Below, in pieces: positions 18,595-26,423 of a DNA stretch of 61,795 nt. The notes beneath the pieces are model-generated. The model did no database searches. It was not told where the DNA came from and was given only the letters and a program-made list of their open reading frames with translations. Position 1 is the first letter of the stretch, and the number at the start of each line of letters is the position of its first letter. The DNA is from a virus. Its lineage: Duplodnaviria > Caudoviricetes. Position numbers and translations under genes: made by a program. The stretch is taken from IMG/VR virus record IMGVR_UViG_3300031825_000009, positions 1 to 61,795 of that record. One strand, 5' to 3'.

Positions 18595-19047
18595 TCAGTG
18601 CTTGGTGGCCGCCTCGATCGCCTTCCAGCGGGCTTCGCTGTAGGGCTCGGCGAACCACTCGGGAGGGATGCGGGCGTCCGCGAAGCGGAACCCGTAGCGC
18701 CGGCACCAGTCGGCGTAGGTCGTCTTCGACGCCTTCGTCAGACGAGACGAGGAGCGGCTGAAGACGAACCGCAGGTCCAGGTCAGGGTGCTGCTCCTGGA
18801 GAAGCTTGTGCTTCTGGCGATCCTCGGTGAGGAAGCGCCCCTTGGTTTCGACGATGATGCCGTTGGGAAGGATGAAGTCCGGCCGATACGTCGAGGGCTT
18901 GCTCGGCTTGACGTAGGCGAGGCGGACTTCCTCGTACTTCACCTGGAGGCCCGCCGCGGCGATCTGGGCCGCGACGGTGTCCTCCAAGCCGGAGCGATAG
19001 CCGGCGGCTAGGCCCCGTGCGTCGGGCTTAGAAGTTGCCCGAGCCGT
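18595..19047 (-). CDS. Endonuclease I (T7 gp3-like); putative ACG start
   Basis: YRSGLED, YRPDFILPNGIIVETKG, KTTYADWC; the first TTG falls inside the conserved RSGLE motif. Confidence 0.9.
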   Translation of the reverse strand, partial: TARATSKPDARGLAAGYRSGLEDTVAAQIAAAGLQVKYEEVRLAYVKPSKPSTYRPDFILPNGIIVETKGRFLTEDRQKHKLLQEQHPDLDLRFVFSRSSSRLTKASKTTYADWCRRYGFRFADARIPPEWFAEPYSEARWKAIEAATKH

Positions 19048-19768
19048 CGTCTTCGTCCTTGGGCGAGGTGCTGCCGTCGTCGGCCTGGGCGCCCTCGGCG
19101 GCCGGAGCCTCCGGGTTGCCGTCCTCGTCGTAGCTCTCGAAGCCGTCGTCGTAGGTCTCGAAGCCCTCGGTCGGGTTGACCTCGACGCCGGTGCCCTGGA
19201 CCAGCTTGATGATCTGGGCAGCGACCAGCTTGACGCTGACGCCGACCTTCTTCTGGCCGGACCAGTAGTCGGCCTCGGCCGTGAAGTTGACGGCCATCGT
19301 CGATCCGGACCACGGGACCGCCTTGGTCGGCTTGCCCTTGCCGTCGACCACGACCGGCCGCTGGTTCACGACGTTCTCGACGCCGGTCTTCTTGTCCTTC
19401 CAGCGGCGGACAGCGTTCATCTTGAACTCGCACGAGATCTCGCCGGTGGGCTCGGCCTCGTCGTCGAGCACCTCGCGGAACGGCGAGCGGGCCATCTCGG
19501 CCTCCTTCAGGGCCACGAGGAGCTTCTTCTTCTCCTTCGGGTCCTTCTCGGCGGCCGCGGCGGCCTTCATCTCGGCCATCTTGTCGGTCGCCATCTTCTC
19601 GACCTTCTCGCGGATCGGGGAGATGACCTCGGCCGGCCAGATCAGCGTGACCTTGTAGACCCCGTCCTTGTTGAACTTGGTGTCCGGGACGTCGAGGCGC
19701 GGGTAGAGGGCGCGGCCCGGCGGGGTCGTGAACTTCACGCGGTTCCGGGGCTTGTAGGCTTCGGCTAT
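19028..19768 (-). CDS. ssDNA-binding protein (T7 gp2.5-like); putative ATA start
   Basis: TTPPGRALYPRL..PDTKFNKDGVYKV, acidic tail ending in F; AAAGGA-N9-ATA. Confidence 0.88.
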   Translation of the reverse strand: MAEAYKPRNRVKFTTPPGRALYPRLDVPDTKFNKDGVYKVTLIWPAEVISPIREKVEKMATDKMAEMKAAAAAEKDPKEKKKLLVALKEAEMARSPFREVLDDEAEPTGEISCEFKMNAVRRWKDKKTGVENVVNQRPVVVDGKGKPTKAVPWSGSTMAVNFTAEADYWSGQKKVGVSVKLVAAQIIKLVQGTGVEVNPTEGFETYDDGFESYDEDGNPEAPAAEGAQADDGSTSPKDEDDGSGNF

Positions 19769-19972
19769 GTGCTTGGTTCCTTTCAGGGGGTTCTCAAGCG
19801 CGACCAACGACCCCGGTGGGGACGACTAGAAAGTGCGGGTCGCTCTTGATGGTTTCAGCGTCCTCGGGACGGGCCGGCCGTTCGTGGTGAGTGTCCTCGA
19901 ACATGCGCAGCAGGGCCGCACGGGACGCTTTCGTGCGGCTTGTCTCGGGTCCAGTCAGAAAGACGGCCCAGG

Positions 19973-20134
19973 TCAGAGGCGCTCGCTCGCCGTGGCCTCG
20001 TAAGCCTGGATGATCCGCTCGACGTCGAGGCCCTCGGCGAGGCACTCGGCGATCAGGTCGACCGGGACATGGGCGCGGTCGCCGTACTTGCGGAGGAGCT
20101 TGCGGAGGCGGCGCTCGTTGACAGAGACCCGCAT
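19973..20134 (-). CDS. Small hypothetical protein (53 aa)
   Basis: TGATG-coupled ORF MRVSVNERRLRK...VPVDLIAECLAEGLDVERI. Confidence 0.6.
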   Translation of the reverse strand: MRVSVNERRLRKLLRKYGDRAHVPVDLIAECLAEGLDVERIIQAYEATASERL

Positions 20135-20415
20135 CACCGGCGACCCCGCACGTCGCGGACGATCTCCTCGCGGACGTACTCCAGAGCGGCAGCGATCTCC
20201 GGCTGGTCCTTGGAGGCGTCGAGGAGGTTCTTGGCGGCGGTCATGACGTCGAATGCGGACGCCTTGCTGGCCGCGCAGATGGCGATGAAGAGGAGCGCCG
20301 CGGCGTGGGCCTGAAGTTCCGCCTGGAAGTTCTGGAGACGGGACACGGCGGCCATCAAGGCGGCGCCGACCGCCTTCGGGCTGGCGTGGTTGAGCTTGTC
20401 GGGGTCGAGGATCAC
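20134..20415 (-). CDS. Hypothetical protein
   Basis: GAGGAG SD and GTGA coupling. Confidence 0.65.
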   Translation of the reverse strand: MILDPDKLNHASPKAVGAALMAAVSRLQNFQAELQAHAAALLFIAICAASKASAFDVMTAAKNLLDASKDQPEIAAALEYVREEIVRDVRGRR

Positions 20416-21338
20416 GGCAGCACCGGCTCCTCGATCACATGACCCTTGAGGAGCGTCAGCTTGCCCTCGGTGTAGAGCTTGGCGACTTCCTTCAGGCCGT
20501 CCTCGGTGACGTAGATGTCCACCGTGCCGAAATACTCGTTCACCCGCTCGGTGAAGAGCTTCTCCCGGAACTGGTGGTAGACCCGGTACGGGGAGGCGCT
20601 GTTGAGCCGGTAGAAGTACCCGAGGTTCTTCAGGTCCCGCTTGATCAGGTTCGAGTTGAGGCCGGGAAGGTAGCGGCCGAGGTGGCCGATGCGCTTCTTG
20701 GTCTTCCCGACGACCTGGGACACCCGCCCCAGCTCGTCCTCGGCCTGCCGCTTCGCCGCCCGCGCCGCCTCGGCCTCCGCCTTGGTCCGCGCGTGGGCCT
20801 CCAGCTCTTCGGCCAGCTTGAGCGACATGGCCGCGTTCTGCCGCAGCGCCGAGGCGAAGTCAGGCGGCAACGGGATCGGCTCGCCTTCCGGGAGCATGTA
20901 GCCGCCGGTCTTGCGGATGGACGGCAGGACCTCCCGCGTCACCCACTCCTGGAACGGCTTCGCGGCCGGCTTGTTGGATCGCATGATGAGCTTGTAGAGG
21001 CCGCTCTCGGAGACGGTCCGGTAGATGGTGTAGGGCTTGTGGGTGCCAGGGGAGGTTTCGATCGAAACGAAACCCAGCTCGTCTGCGGAAAGTGCGCGTG
21101 TGGCGTCGGTCACGTTCGCCTTTCCGGCGTGCGTCACGCGATAGCCGAGCGTCTTGCAGACGTCAGCGACCACGAACCACGGAGCCCCGTCGATCGTCAC
21201 CACGCGAACGGTGTGCGTCTTGGAGACGCCGTCGATGAGGGCCTGGAAGTCGAACCGCCGGACGGGCGACGCTTCGCTGGTCCCGGCGCTGAACTTGGAG
21301 ACCTTCGGGGCCTCCTTGGTGGCGGTGTGGGCGATCAC
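20412..21338 (-). CDS. BRO-N domain (antirepressor-like) protein
   Basis: PWFVVADVCKTLG, SESGLYKLIMRSNKPAAKPFQEWVTREVLPSIRKTGGY. Confidence 0.85.
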   Translation of the reverse strand: MIAHTATKEAPKVSKFSAGTSEASPVRRFDFQALIDGVSKTHTVRVVTIDGAPWFVVADVCKTLGYRVTHAGKANVTDATRALSADELGFVSIETSPGTHKPYTIYRTVSESGLYKLIMRSNKPAAKPFQEWVTREVLPSIRKTGGYMLPEGEPIPLPPDFASALRQNAAMSLKLAEELEAHARTKAEAEAARAAKRQAEDELGRVSQVVGKTKKRIGHLGRYLPGLNSNLIKRDLKNLGYFYRLNSASPYRVYHQFREKLFTERVNEYFGTVDIYVTEDGLKEVAKLYTEGKLTLLKGHVIEEPVLP

Positions 21339-21733
21339 TGCTTGCTCTCCTTGCGCTTGGTGATGGTGTCCGCCGCCCGCTTCTTGGCCGCCCGCAGGGC
21401 TCCGGCCTCGATGTCGTGGCGGCTGGGGGCCGTGGCCGCGTAGCCCCGGCGTCGGGCGTCGCGGGACTTTGCCGCGGACCGGCCGCGCGTCTTGGGGGCG
21501 GCCTGCTTGCGCCGGGCGTCCAGCTCTTCGCGGACCTTGAACGGCAGGCGGCGGCTGTTCTTCGGGAGGACCTCGGTGTCCATCATGGCGAGGACCGCGG
21601 CCTTCCGAAGCTCGGACTTCTCGGCGCCCGTCATGCGGCTGCGGTCGAACGTCAGGCCGGCGACGCCGACCTCGTCGTGCGCCGCTCCGAGGCGGATCGT
21701 CAGGGCGTAGGAATGCTTGTGCTTGCTCGGCAC
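21335..21733 (-). CDS. Basic hypothetical protein
   Basis: GGAG SD then GTG; first gene after the putative phage promoter. Confidence 0.6.
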   Translation of the reverse strand: MPSKHKHSYALTIRLGAAHDEVGVAGLTFDRSRMTGAEKSELRKAAVLAMMDTEVLPKNSRRLPFKVREELDARRKQAAPKTRGRSAAKSRDARRRGYAATAPSRHDIEAGALRAAKKRAADTITKRKESKQ

Positions 21734-21773
21734 TCGCGAACTCCAGATTGGTGTGTGAGGGGGCGCGAAGCGT

Positions 21774-21797
21774 TGGCGGAGGGTGGCCCCCATTGCG
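21774..21797 (-). promoter_or_regulatory. Putative phage RNAP promoter (middle genes)
   Basis: CGCAATGGGGGCCACCCTCCGCCA, near-identical to 8428-8451, just downstream of the RNAP gene. Confidence 0.7.
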
Positions 21798-21821
21798 GGG
21801 GCCGGCTCCTCGGCGCCTTGG

Positions 21822-24320
21822 CTACGCGAAGAAGAACGGGGACGAGAGGACCTCGGACAGGTCCAGCGTTCCCTGAGGTGGCAGCTCCGGGACCTCCTTG
21901 CGAAGGTCCTCGGGGAGCTGGCCGAGGAGGCGCTCGCGGAACTCGGCGAGCGGGTCGTGGTCGGTGTACATGCCGACGAAGGCGGCCCGAAGCTCGCGGG
22001 CGAGCGTGTCCGTGTCGGCGGCATGGGTGCCGTAGCTGTCGTGGACCATCGCGAACGACGCGATGCCGGCGGCTTTGGCCCGGAGGACCGTGAGCGTCAG
22101 CGCTGCCGCGTCCAGCGAGTGGACGAAGTTCGGAGCGATGGCGCTCGCCTGCCTGAGCTTGGCGATCTCCCCGGTGTCCTCCCGCACGAGCGGGCGGACG
22201 ATCTGCCCGTGAATGCGGGTCTTGACGCGCCGGTCGTGGTGGGCGGCGTAGCGCTGGTAGACCAGGAACCCGGACGGGGCGGCCCAGGTCAGCGGAATGT
22301 CCGCCTTTCCGGCCACTCGGGCGGCCGCCTGGAGCCACGACATGCCGACCCTCGCGGCCACCACGACTTGGCCGATCGAGGCCCAGACGAGCGACCCGAG
22401 CCAGCCGACGGCGGCGCTCCACTCCTCCTCGGGGACGTCGAGCGAGGCGCCGGCTGCGATCTTCTCGCGGACCGCGTCCCGCACGTAGTCGCGGCAGGAG
22501 GTGATGGTGCCGCCGTAGGGGAGGACCATGACCGACCGCTTGGTGATCTTGCGGTCGATCCCGAAGTCGAGGAAGGCGTGCGCCCAGGATCGCGTCGTCT
22601 CCTCCTCCACGCATTCATGGAGGGGGCGTGTGGCCACGTCCAGCAGGCGCTCCTCAACTACCTTGGCGACCTCCCCGTACACGTCCTGGGGCCGATCGCT
22701 CGGCACGAGGTTGACGGCTCGGCCGCCGACCGGGTCCCGGAGCATGGCCGAGTAGTGCTGGAGGCCGTTGCAGGAGCCGTCGAGGGCGATCGGCAGGGAC
22801 GAGCGAAACGCCAGCCCCTCGCGGAGGTAGCCGGACCACTCGTGGCAGGCCGCCAGGAACGACCAGGGGCTATCCGCGCCGGTCCACCAGCGGTTCGCGA
22901 GCGGGTCTGCGGCGACCGCCTGGATGGCCTCCCGGTGCCCGTCCACCCACGCTCGGCGGGCGTCGAAGGGGACCTTGTCCTCGCCCCAGGTGTTCGCCGT
23001 GTGGACCGCGAGCCAGTTGGCGGCGGCCTCCGTGCCCAGGGGCTTGCCCTCGGCGAACGTCAGGAGGCCCTTGGCGAGGTCGTCGCCCTGGGGCTGAAGC
23101 CACCGCGGCAGGGCATAGAGCCGCCCGCGGAAGTCCAGGTTGTGCGGGAAGTACATGGCCTCCCGCTCGGCGTAGTCCTCGGCGATCCGCAGGCACTCGG
23201 CGACGCTGCGCCGTTGGGTGACCAGCTCGGACCTGAGCCGGTAGACGTCGTGCGCCTCCCGTCGCCAGACCCGCCGGGCCTCCTCGTTGGTCTCGATGTC
23301 CTCCGGCTTGGCCGGGACCGGCGGATCGTCCCGCGGCGGCAGGATCGGAATGTCGAGCCCGCCGTCCCAGATGGCCTTGGCGACCTCCAGGACAGGGCGG
23401 TTCACCCGCCAAGGGGTCTCCTGGACGGCGTTGAGGGCGCCGGTGACGCGGCTCAGGTCCGCCTCGGCGGTCAGAAGCCGGCCATGCTCGGCCCGGTTCG
23501 AGAACTTCACGAGGCCGGCCCGCTGGAGCCTCTCGGTCCAGTAGCCGCCGCTCCGGAGCCCGGTCCAGGGCTTCGGCGGGATGACACACGGCCGGGCGGC
23601 GGGGGCGAGCCCCTCGACACGGCGGTTGTAGTCCGTCACCCAGGAGGCAGCCGCCGGCTCCAGGGCGAGCATGGTGGTCGTCTTGGGCACGCCGCGGACC
23701 ATCTTCCGCGCGGTGTCGAGTCGCACCATGCCGGTGGCGTCGATCAGCAACTCGACCAGCTTCGCCCCGACGATGACGCGCTCGCCGGCCGTCCACCGGG
23801 TGGGCTCGATCCCCTCCCGGAACATGGCGACCGAGATGGCCCGGCGCTTGTGGATCTCGTTCGAGGTCGTCTCGCGGAAGCGCCGCTCCCACCAGCGCCA
23901 GAGCGACGGGTGGGCCGCCTCGAAGCGGGCGACGGACGCCTCGACCTCCAGAGCCGTGCAGATCGCGTTGGCGACCGGAGCGAGTGGCTGCGGGCCGGAT
24001 GCGAGGCCGTCGAGGACGTGGCGGGCGGTGAGGTAGGCGATCTCGTCGGGGTCCATGTCCCCGACCAGGAGGACCGCCGTGTGGCGCGGCCCTGGGCGGC
24101 CGCTGCGGGCGTCCTCGAAGAACGATCGGATGGCCTCGGAGAGCGGTCCGACGACCGTCGTCAAGAGGCGCCTGTAGCCGGCGGCCTGGGTGGGGTGACC
24201 GCGTTCCTCGGCCCGCTTCAGGCGGTAGCGGAACACGTCGATCCCCTCGTCGTACATGCGGTCCTCGATCTCCTCTTGGACCGGCCAGAGCGGGTGGTCG
24301 GTAGGCGAACAGAACGTGAT
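21822..24320 (-). CDS. Single-subunit T7-like RNA polymerase; start either ATC 24320 or GTG 24383
   Basis: DGSCNGLQH, RKITKRSVMVLPYG, PNFVHSLDA, VHDSYGTH and C-terminal FFFA. Confidence 0.95.
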   Translation of the reverse strand: MTFCSPTDHPLWPVQEEIEDRMYDEGIDVFRYRLKRAEERGHPTQAAGYRRLLTTVVGPLSEAIRSFFEDARSGRPGPRHTAVLLVGDMDPDEIAYLTARHVLDGLASGPQPLAPVANAICTALEVEASVARFEAAHPSLWRWWERRFRETTSNEIHKRRAISVAMFREGIEPTRWTAGERVIVGAKLVELLIDATGMVRLDTARKMVRGVPKTTTMLALEPAAASWVTDYNRRVEGLAPAARPCVIPPKPWTGLRSGGYWTERLQRAGLVKFSNRAEHGRLLTAEADLSRVTGALNAVQETPWRVNRPVLEVAKAIWDGGLDIPILPPRDDPPVPAKPEDIETNEEARRVWRREAHDVYRLRSELVTQRRSVAECLRIAEDYAEREAMYFPHNLDFRGRLYALPRWLQPQGDDLAKGLLTFAEGKPLGTEAAANWLAVHTANTWGEDKVPFDARRAWVDGHREAIQAVAADPLANRWWTGADSPWSFLAACHEWSGYLREGLAFRSSLPIALDGSCNGLQHYSAMLRDPVGGRAVNLVPSDRPQDVYGEVAKVVEERLLDVATRPLHECVEEETTRSWAHAFLDFGIDRKITKRSVMVLPYGGTITSCRDYVRDAVREKIAAGASLDVPEEEWSAAVGWLGSLVWASIGQVVVAARVGMSWLQAAARVAGKADIPLTWAAPSGFLVYQRYAAHHDRRVKTRIHGQIVRPLVREDTGEIAKLRQASAIAPNFVHSLDAAALTLTVLRAKAAGIASFAMVHDSYGTHAADTDTLARELRAAFVGMYTDHDPLAEFRERLLGQLPEDLRKEVPELPPQGTLDLSEVLSSPFFFA

Positions 24321-24437
24321 CGCGGGGCTTTCCTTTCTCGCAATTTCAAGACCGCTAGGCCACGCCTTACGCCACGGTGGCACCGCCTAGCGGCCTCAAT
24401 GCCACCAAATCCGCTCCATTTCTGGAGCCATCAGTGC

Positions 24438-24466
24438 AAAGCGAAAGAGCCGCCCAGAGGCGGCCC
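24438..24466 (-). terminator. Intrinsic terminator between tRNA-Cys and the phage RNAP gene
   Basis: GGGCCGCC-TCTG-GGCGGCTC hairpin followed by TTTCGCTTT. Confidence 0.7.
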
Positions 24467-24503
24467 TTAAACCATTGATCGCTGATCATTTCCAGATTTG
24501 GAG

Positions 24504-24577
24504 TGGAGGTGACGGCCGGATTTGAACCGGCGTACACGGATTTGCAGTCCGCTGCGTAACCACTCCGCCACGTCACC
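24504..24577 (-). tRNA. tRNA-Cys (GCA), probable integration site of the T7-like phage
   Basis: GGTGACG...CTGCAAA anticodon loop...GGTTCAAATCC...CGTCACCTCCA; 74 nt with encoded CCA. Confidence 0.97.
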
Positions 24578-24589
24578 ATCCGGGGCGGA

Positions 24590-24618
24590 TGTCTAAAGCA
24601 GCTCAAAAGGATAGGCAA
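24590..24618 (-). promoter_or_regulatory. Sigma70 promoter of tRNA-Cys
   Basis: TTGCCT-N17-TAGACA, 12 nt upstream of the tRNA. Confidence 0.65.
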
Positions 24619-24682
24619 GCGCCGTCTCGGCCGGGTGCGGGGCGTTTAGAAGCGCTCGCCGTGGCGCATTTGGAAATGTCGT

Positions 24683-25903
24683 TCACCGCCCGTTCGCTAG
24701 CCGGTGGGCATGCCTCTTGCGTGTCGCACCGAGTGCGCGTGCCAGGGTCCGCTTCGCATAGCGCTCATAGGCGGCCTGGCTCTTGTGGGCGGAGAGCGCC
24801 CTCCCCTGCCCGTCCGTCAGTCCGGCCTCCTCGAGCTCGGTCATGCCGCCGTGCCGGCAGGCGTCGAGGGTGAAGGTCGCGGGCAGCCCGAGCTCGGCCC
24901 GGAGGCGGCGGACGATCCGCGCCATCTGGAAGATCGTGAAGGCGACCGCCGGCTCCTTCGGCCGGAGGATCATCGGGACGCCGCGGCGCGGAAGGGCCGC
25001 GAGGACGGCCTCGGCCTCCTCATAGAACAGCACGCGCCCGCCATCCTCGCCCGTCTCCTCGAGGGGGTGCAGGACGGCCTCGCCGGTCTTGTGGTGCTCG
25101 ATGCGGATGGCAGTCGGCGTCTCCCGGCTCCGATAGTCGGACCAGCGCACATAGCCGGCCAGCACGTTCTCCGGGCGCTGCAGCCACTCGAAGCAGATCA
25201 CGGCCGCCGCGGCCGCCTCGGGCTCGCCGGCCTCGATCGCGCCCCAGGCGAAGGTGTAGACCTCGTCTCGCGTCGCTGCGGGCTTCGCCGCCCTGGTGCG
25301 CCGATCGACGGTGACGCCGACCCACGGGTTGGGCACGGCCCGGTCGAACTGATCAGGGTAGAGGCGGCGCACGACTTCCCAGGCGCGCTTCGAGATCGTG
25401 ACCGCCTTCTCGCCCTGCCGATGACGCCGACCGCGCCCGCCGGCGACGATGGCGGCATAGAGCTTGTCGGCCGACCGCGGCGTGATGCTGCGGACCGGCC
25501 GGTCGCCGACCGTGTCGCCGGCCTTGGTGGGAAGCTCGGTCACGAGCCGCATGATGGTCTCATAGTCGGCGCGGGACCGCGGCGACACCCGCTCGAGATA
25601 GGCCTTCGAGCGCTTGTACTCGCGGAAGAGCCAATCGACGGTGCCGAACCGCGCGGGGCCGACCCGGGTATCCCCGCCGCCGTCGCGCCTCGCCTTCCAG
25701 GCGTCGAACAGCTCGTTGAGGATGAGCGCCTTGCCGCCCTTGCCGTCGCGGCCGCACGCCGCCTCATAGTCCGTGCCGAGCGGCTCGTTCGGAAGCGTGC
25801 AGCCGAGCTTGCGGTGATAGGTCGGAACCGTCCAGTAGAGCCCGACCCTGCCGCCGGCCAGCGGCCGCGTCGAGACGAAGCGCGGCAGCGGCAGCGCGAC
25901 CAT
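24683..25903 (-). CDS. int: Tyrosine recombinase (integrase)
   Basis: QRPENV (R), HHKTG (K), CRHGGMTE, SAHKS...YERY catalytic motifs; located at the prophage edge. Confidence 0.85.
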   Translation of the reverse strand: MVALPLPRFVSTRPLAGGRVGLYWTVPTYHRKLGCTLPNEPLGTDYEAACGRDGKGGKALILNELFDAWKARRDGGGDTRVGPARFGTVDWLFREYKRSKAYLERVSPRSRADYETIMRLVTELPTKAGDTVGDRPVRSITPRSADKLYAAIVAGGRGRRHRQGEKAVTISKRAWEVVRRLYPDQFDRAVPNPWVGVTVDRRTRAAKPAATRDEVYTFAWGAIEAGEPEAAAAAVICFEWLQRPENVLAGYVRWSDYRSRETPTAIRIEHHKTGEAVLHPLEETGEDGGRVLFYEEAEAVLAALPRRGVPMILRPKEPAVAFTIFQMARIVRRLRAELGLPATFTLDACRHGGMTELEEAGLTDGQGRALSAHKSQAAYERYAKRTLARALGATRKRHAHRLANGR

Positions 25904-26142
25904 CAGAGATCGTCCGCGAGGTCGCGGACGGCGCCGTGATCCTCCGGCAGAATCGCCCGGTCCAGATCGTCCCGCAGCCACAGCTTGCGACGCCCCTCGT
26001 TGACACAGGGGCGCGGATACTCGCGCCCGACGCGCTTCATGAAAGCCTCGACCGTCGGCTCGCCGCAATAGCCCGCGGCGAGATCGGCCGGCATGCGGCG
26101 CGGCCAGGAACCCGGGGGGATGGCGGCTTCGCGAGCCATCAC
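25903..26142 (-). CDS. Excisionase-like protein
   Basis: WPRRMPADLAAGYCG...YPRP...LWLRDDLD; directly upstream of the integrase. Confidence 0.7.
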   Translation of the reverse strand: MMAREAAIPPGSWPRRMPADLAAGYCGEPTVEAFMKRVGREYPRPCVNEGRRKLWLRDDLDRAILPEDHGAVRDLADDL

Positions 26143-26420
26143 GTGATCCTCTGCAGGGTGGCGATCGCCGCCTCGGCGGCGGCGGGGAGATCGGACGGGG
26201 CGGCGCGGCCGAGGCGCCCGATCGCCTCATCGCGAACGAGGCGGATGCGGGCAACGGCGCCGCGCGCGTCCGCCGGGCAATGGCCGGGCCGCGGCGCGGC
26301 GGCCTCGGCCCAGGCCGCCGCCAGCGCATCGACCCGCGCGAGCTCGGCGGAGAGCCGGCGCTCGATCCCGGCCGGCAAGGCGGCCGGCCGGGTCGACGGT
26401 CTGGCGGCGGCGCGCGCCAT
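26139..26420 (-). CDS. Hypothetical protein
   Basis: Coupled ORF in the early left operon. Confidence 0.5.
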   Translation of the reverse strand: MARAAARPSTRPAALPAGIERRLSAELARVDALAAAWAEAAAPRPGHCPADARGAVARIRLVRDEAIGRLGRAAPSDLPAAAEAAIATLQRIT

Positions 26421-26423
26421 CGG

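Larger units (their letters stand above)
1..24503 (-). mobile_element. Integrated T7-like (Autographiviridae) prophage, continues beyond window start
   Basis: Co-oriented T7-type gene set (RNAP, SSB, endonuclease I, primase/helicase, PolA-type polymerase, exonuclease, portal, scaffold, capsid, tubular A/B) ending just after the 3' end of tRNA-Cys. Confidence 0.92.

Noticed and set aside
19900-19972. Hammerhead ribozyme in the SSB leader (CTGA...GAAA)
   Set aside because: Core reads CUGACUG rather than CUGANGA and the stems do not fit
24610-24626. CI operator in the tRNA promoter (GATAGG)
   Set aside because: Half-site only; no CCTAT arm at the N6 spacing
24683-25903. This integrase serving the T7-like prophage
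   Set aside because: It lies on the 5' side of the tRNA and is coupled to the xis and PL operon of the lambda-like phage
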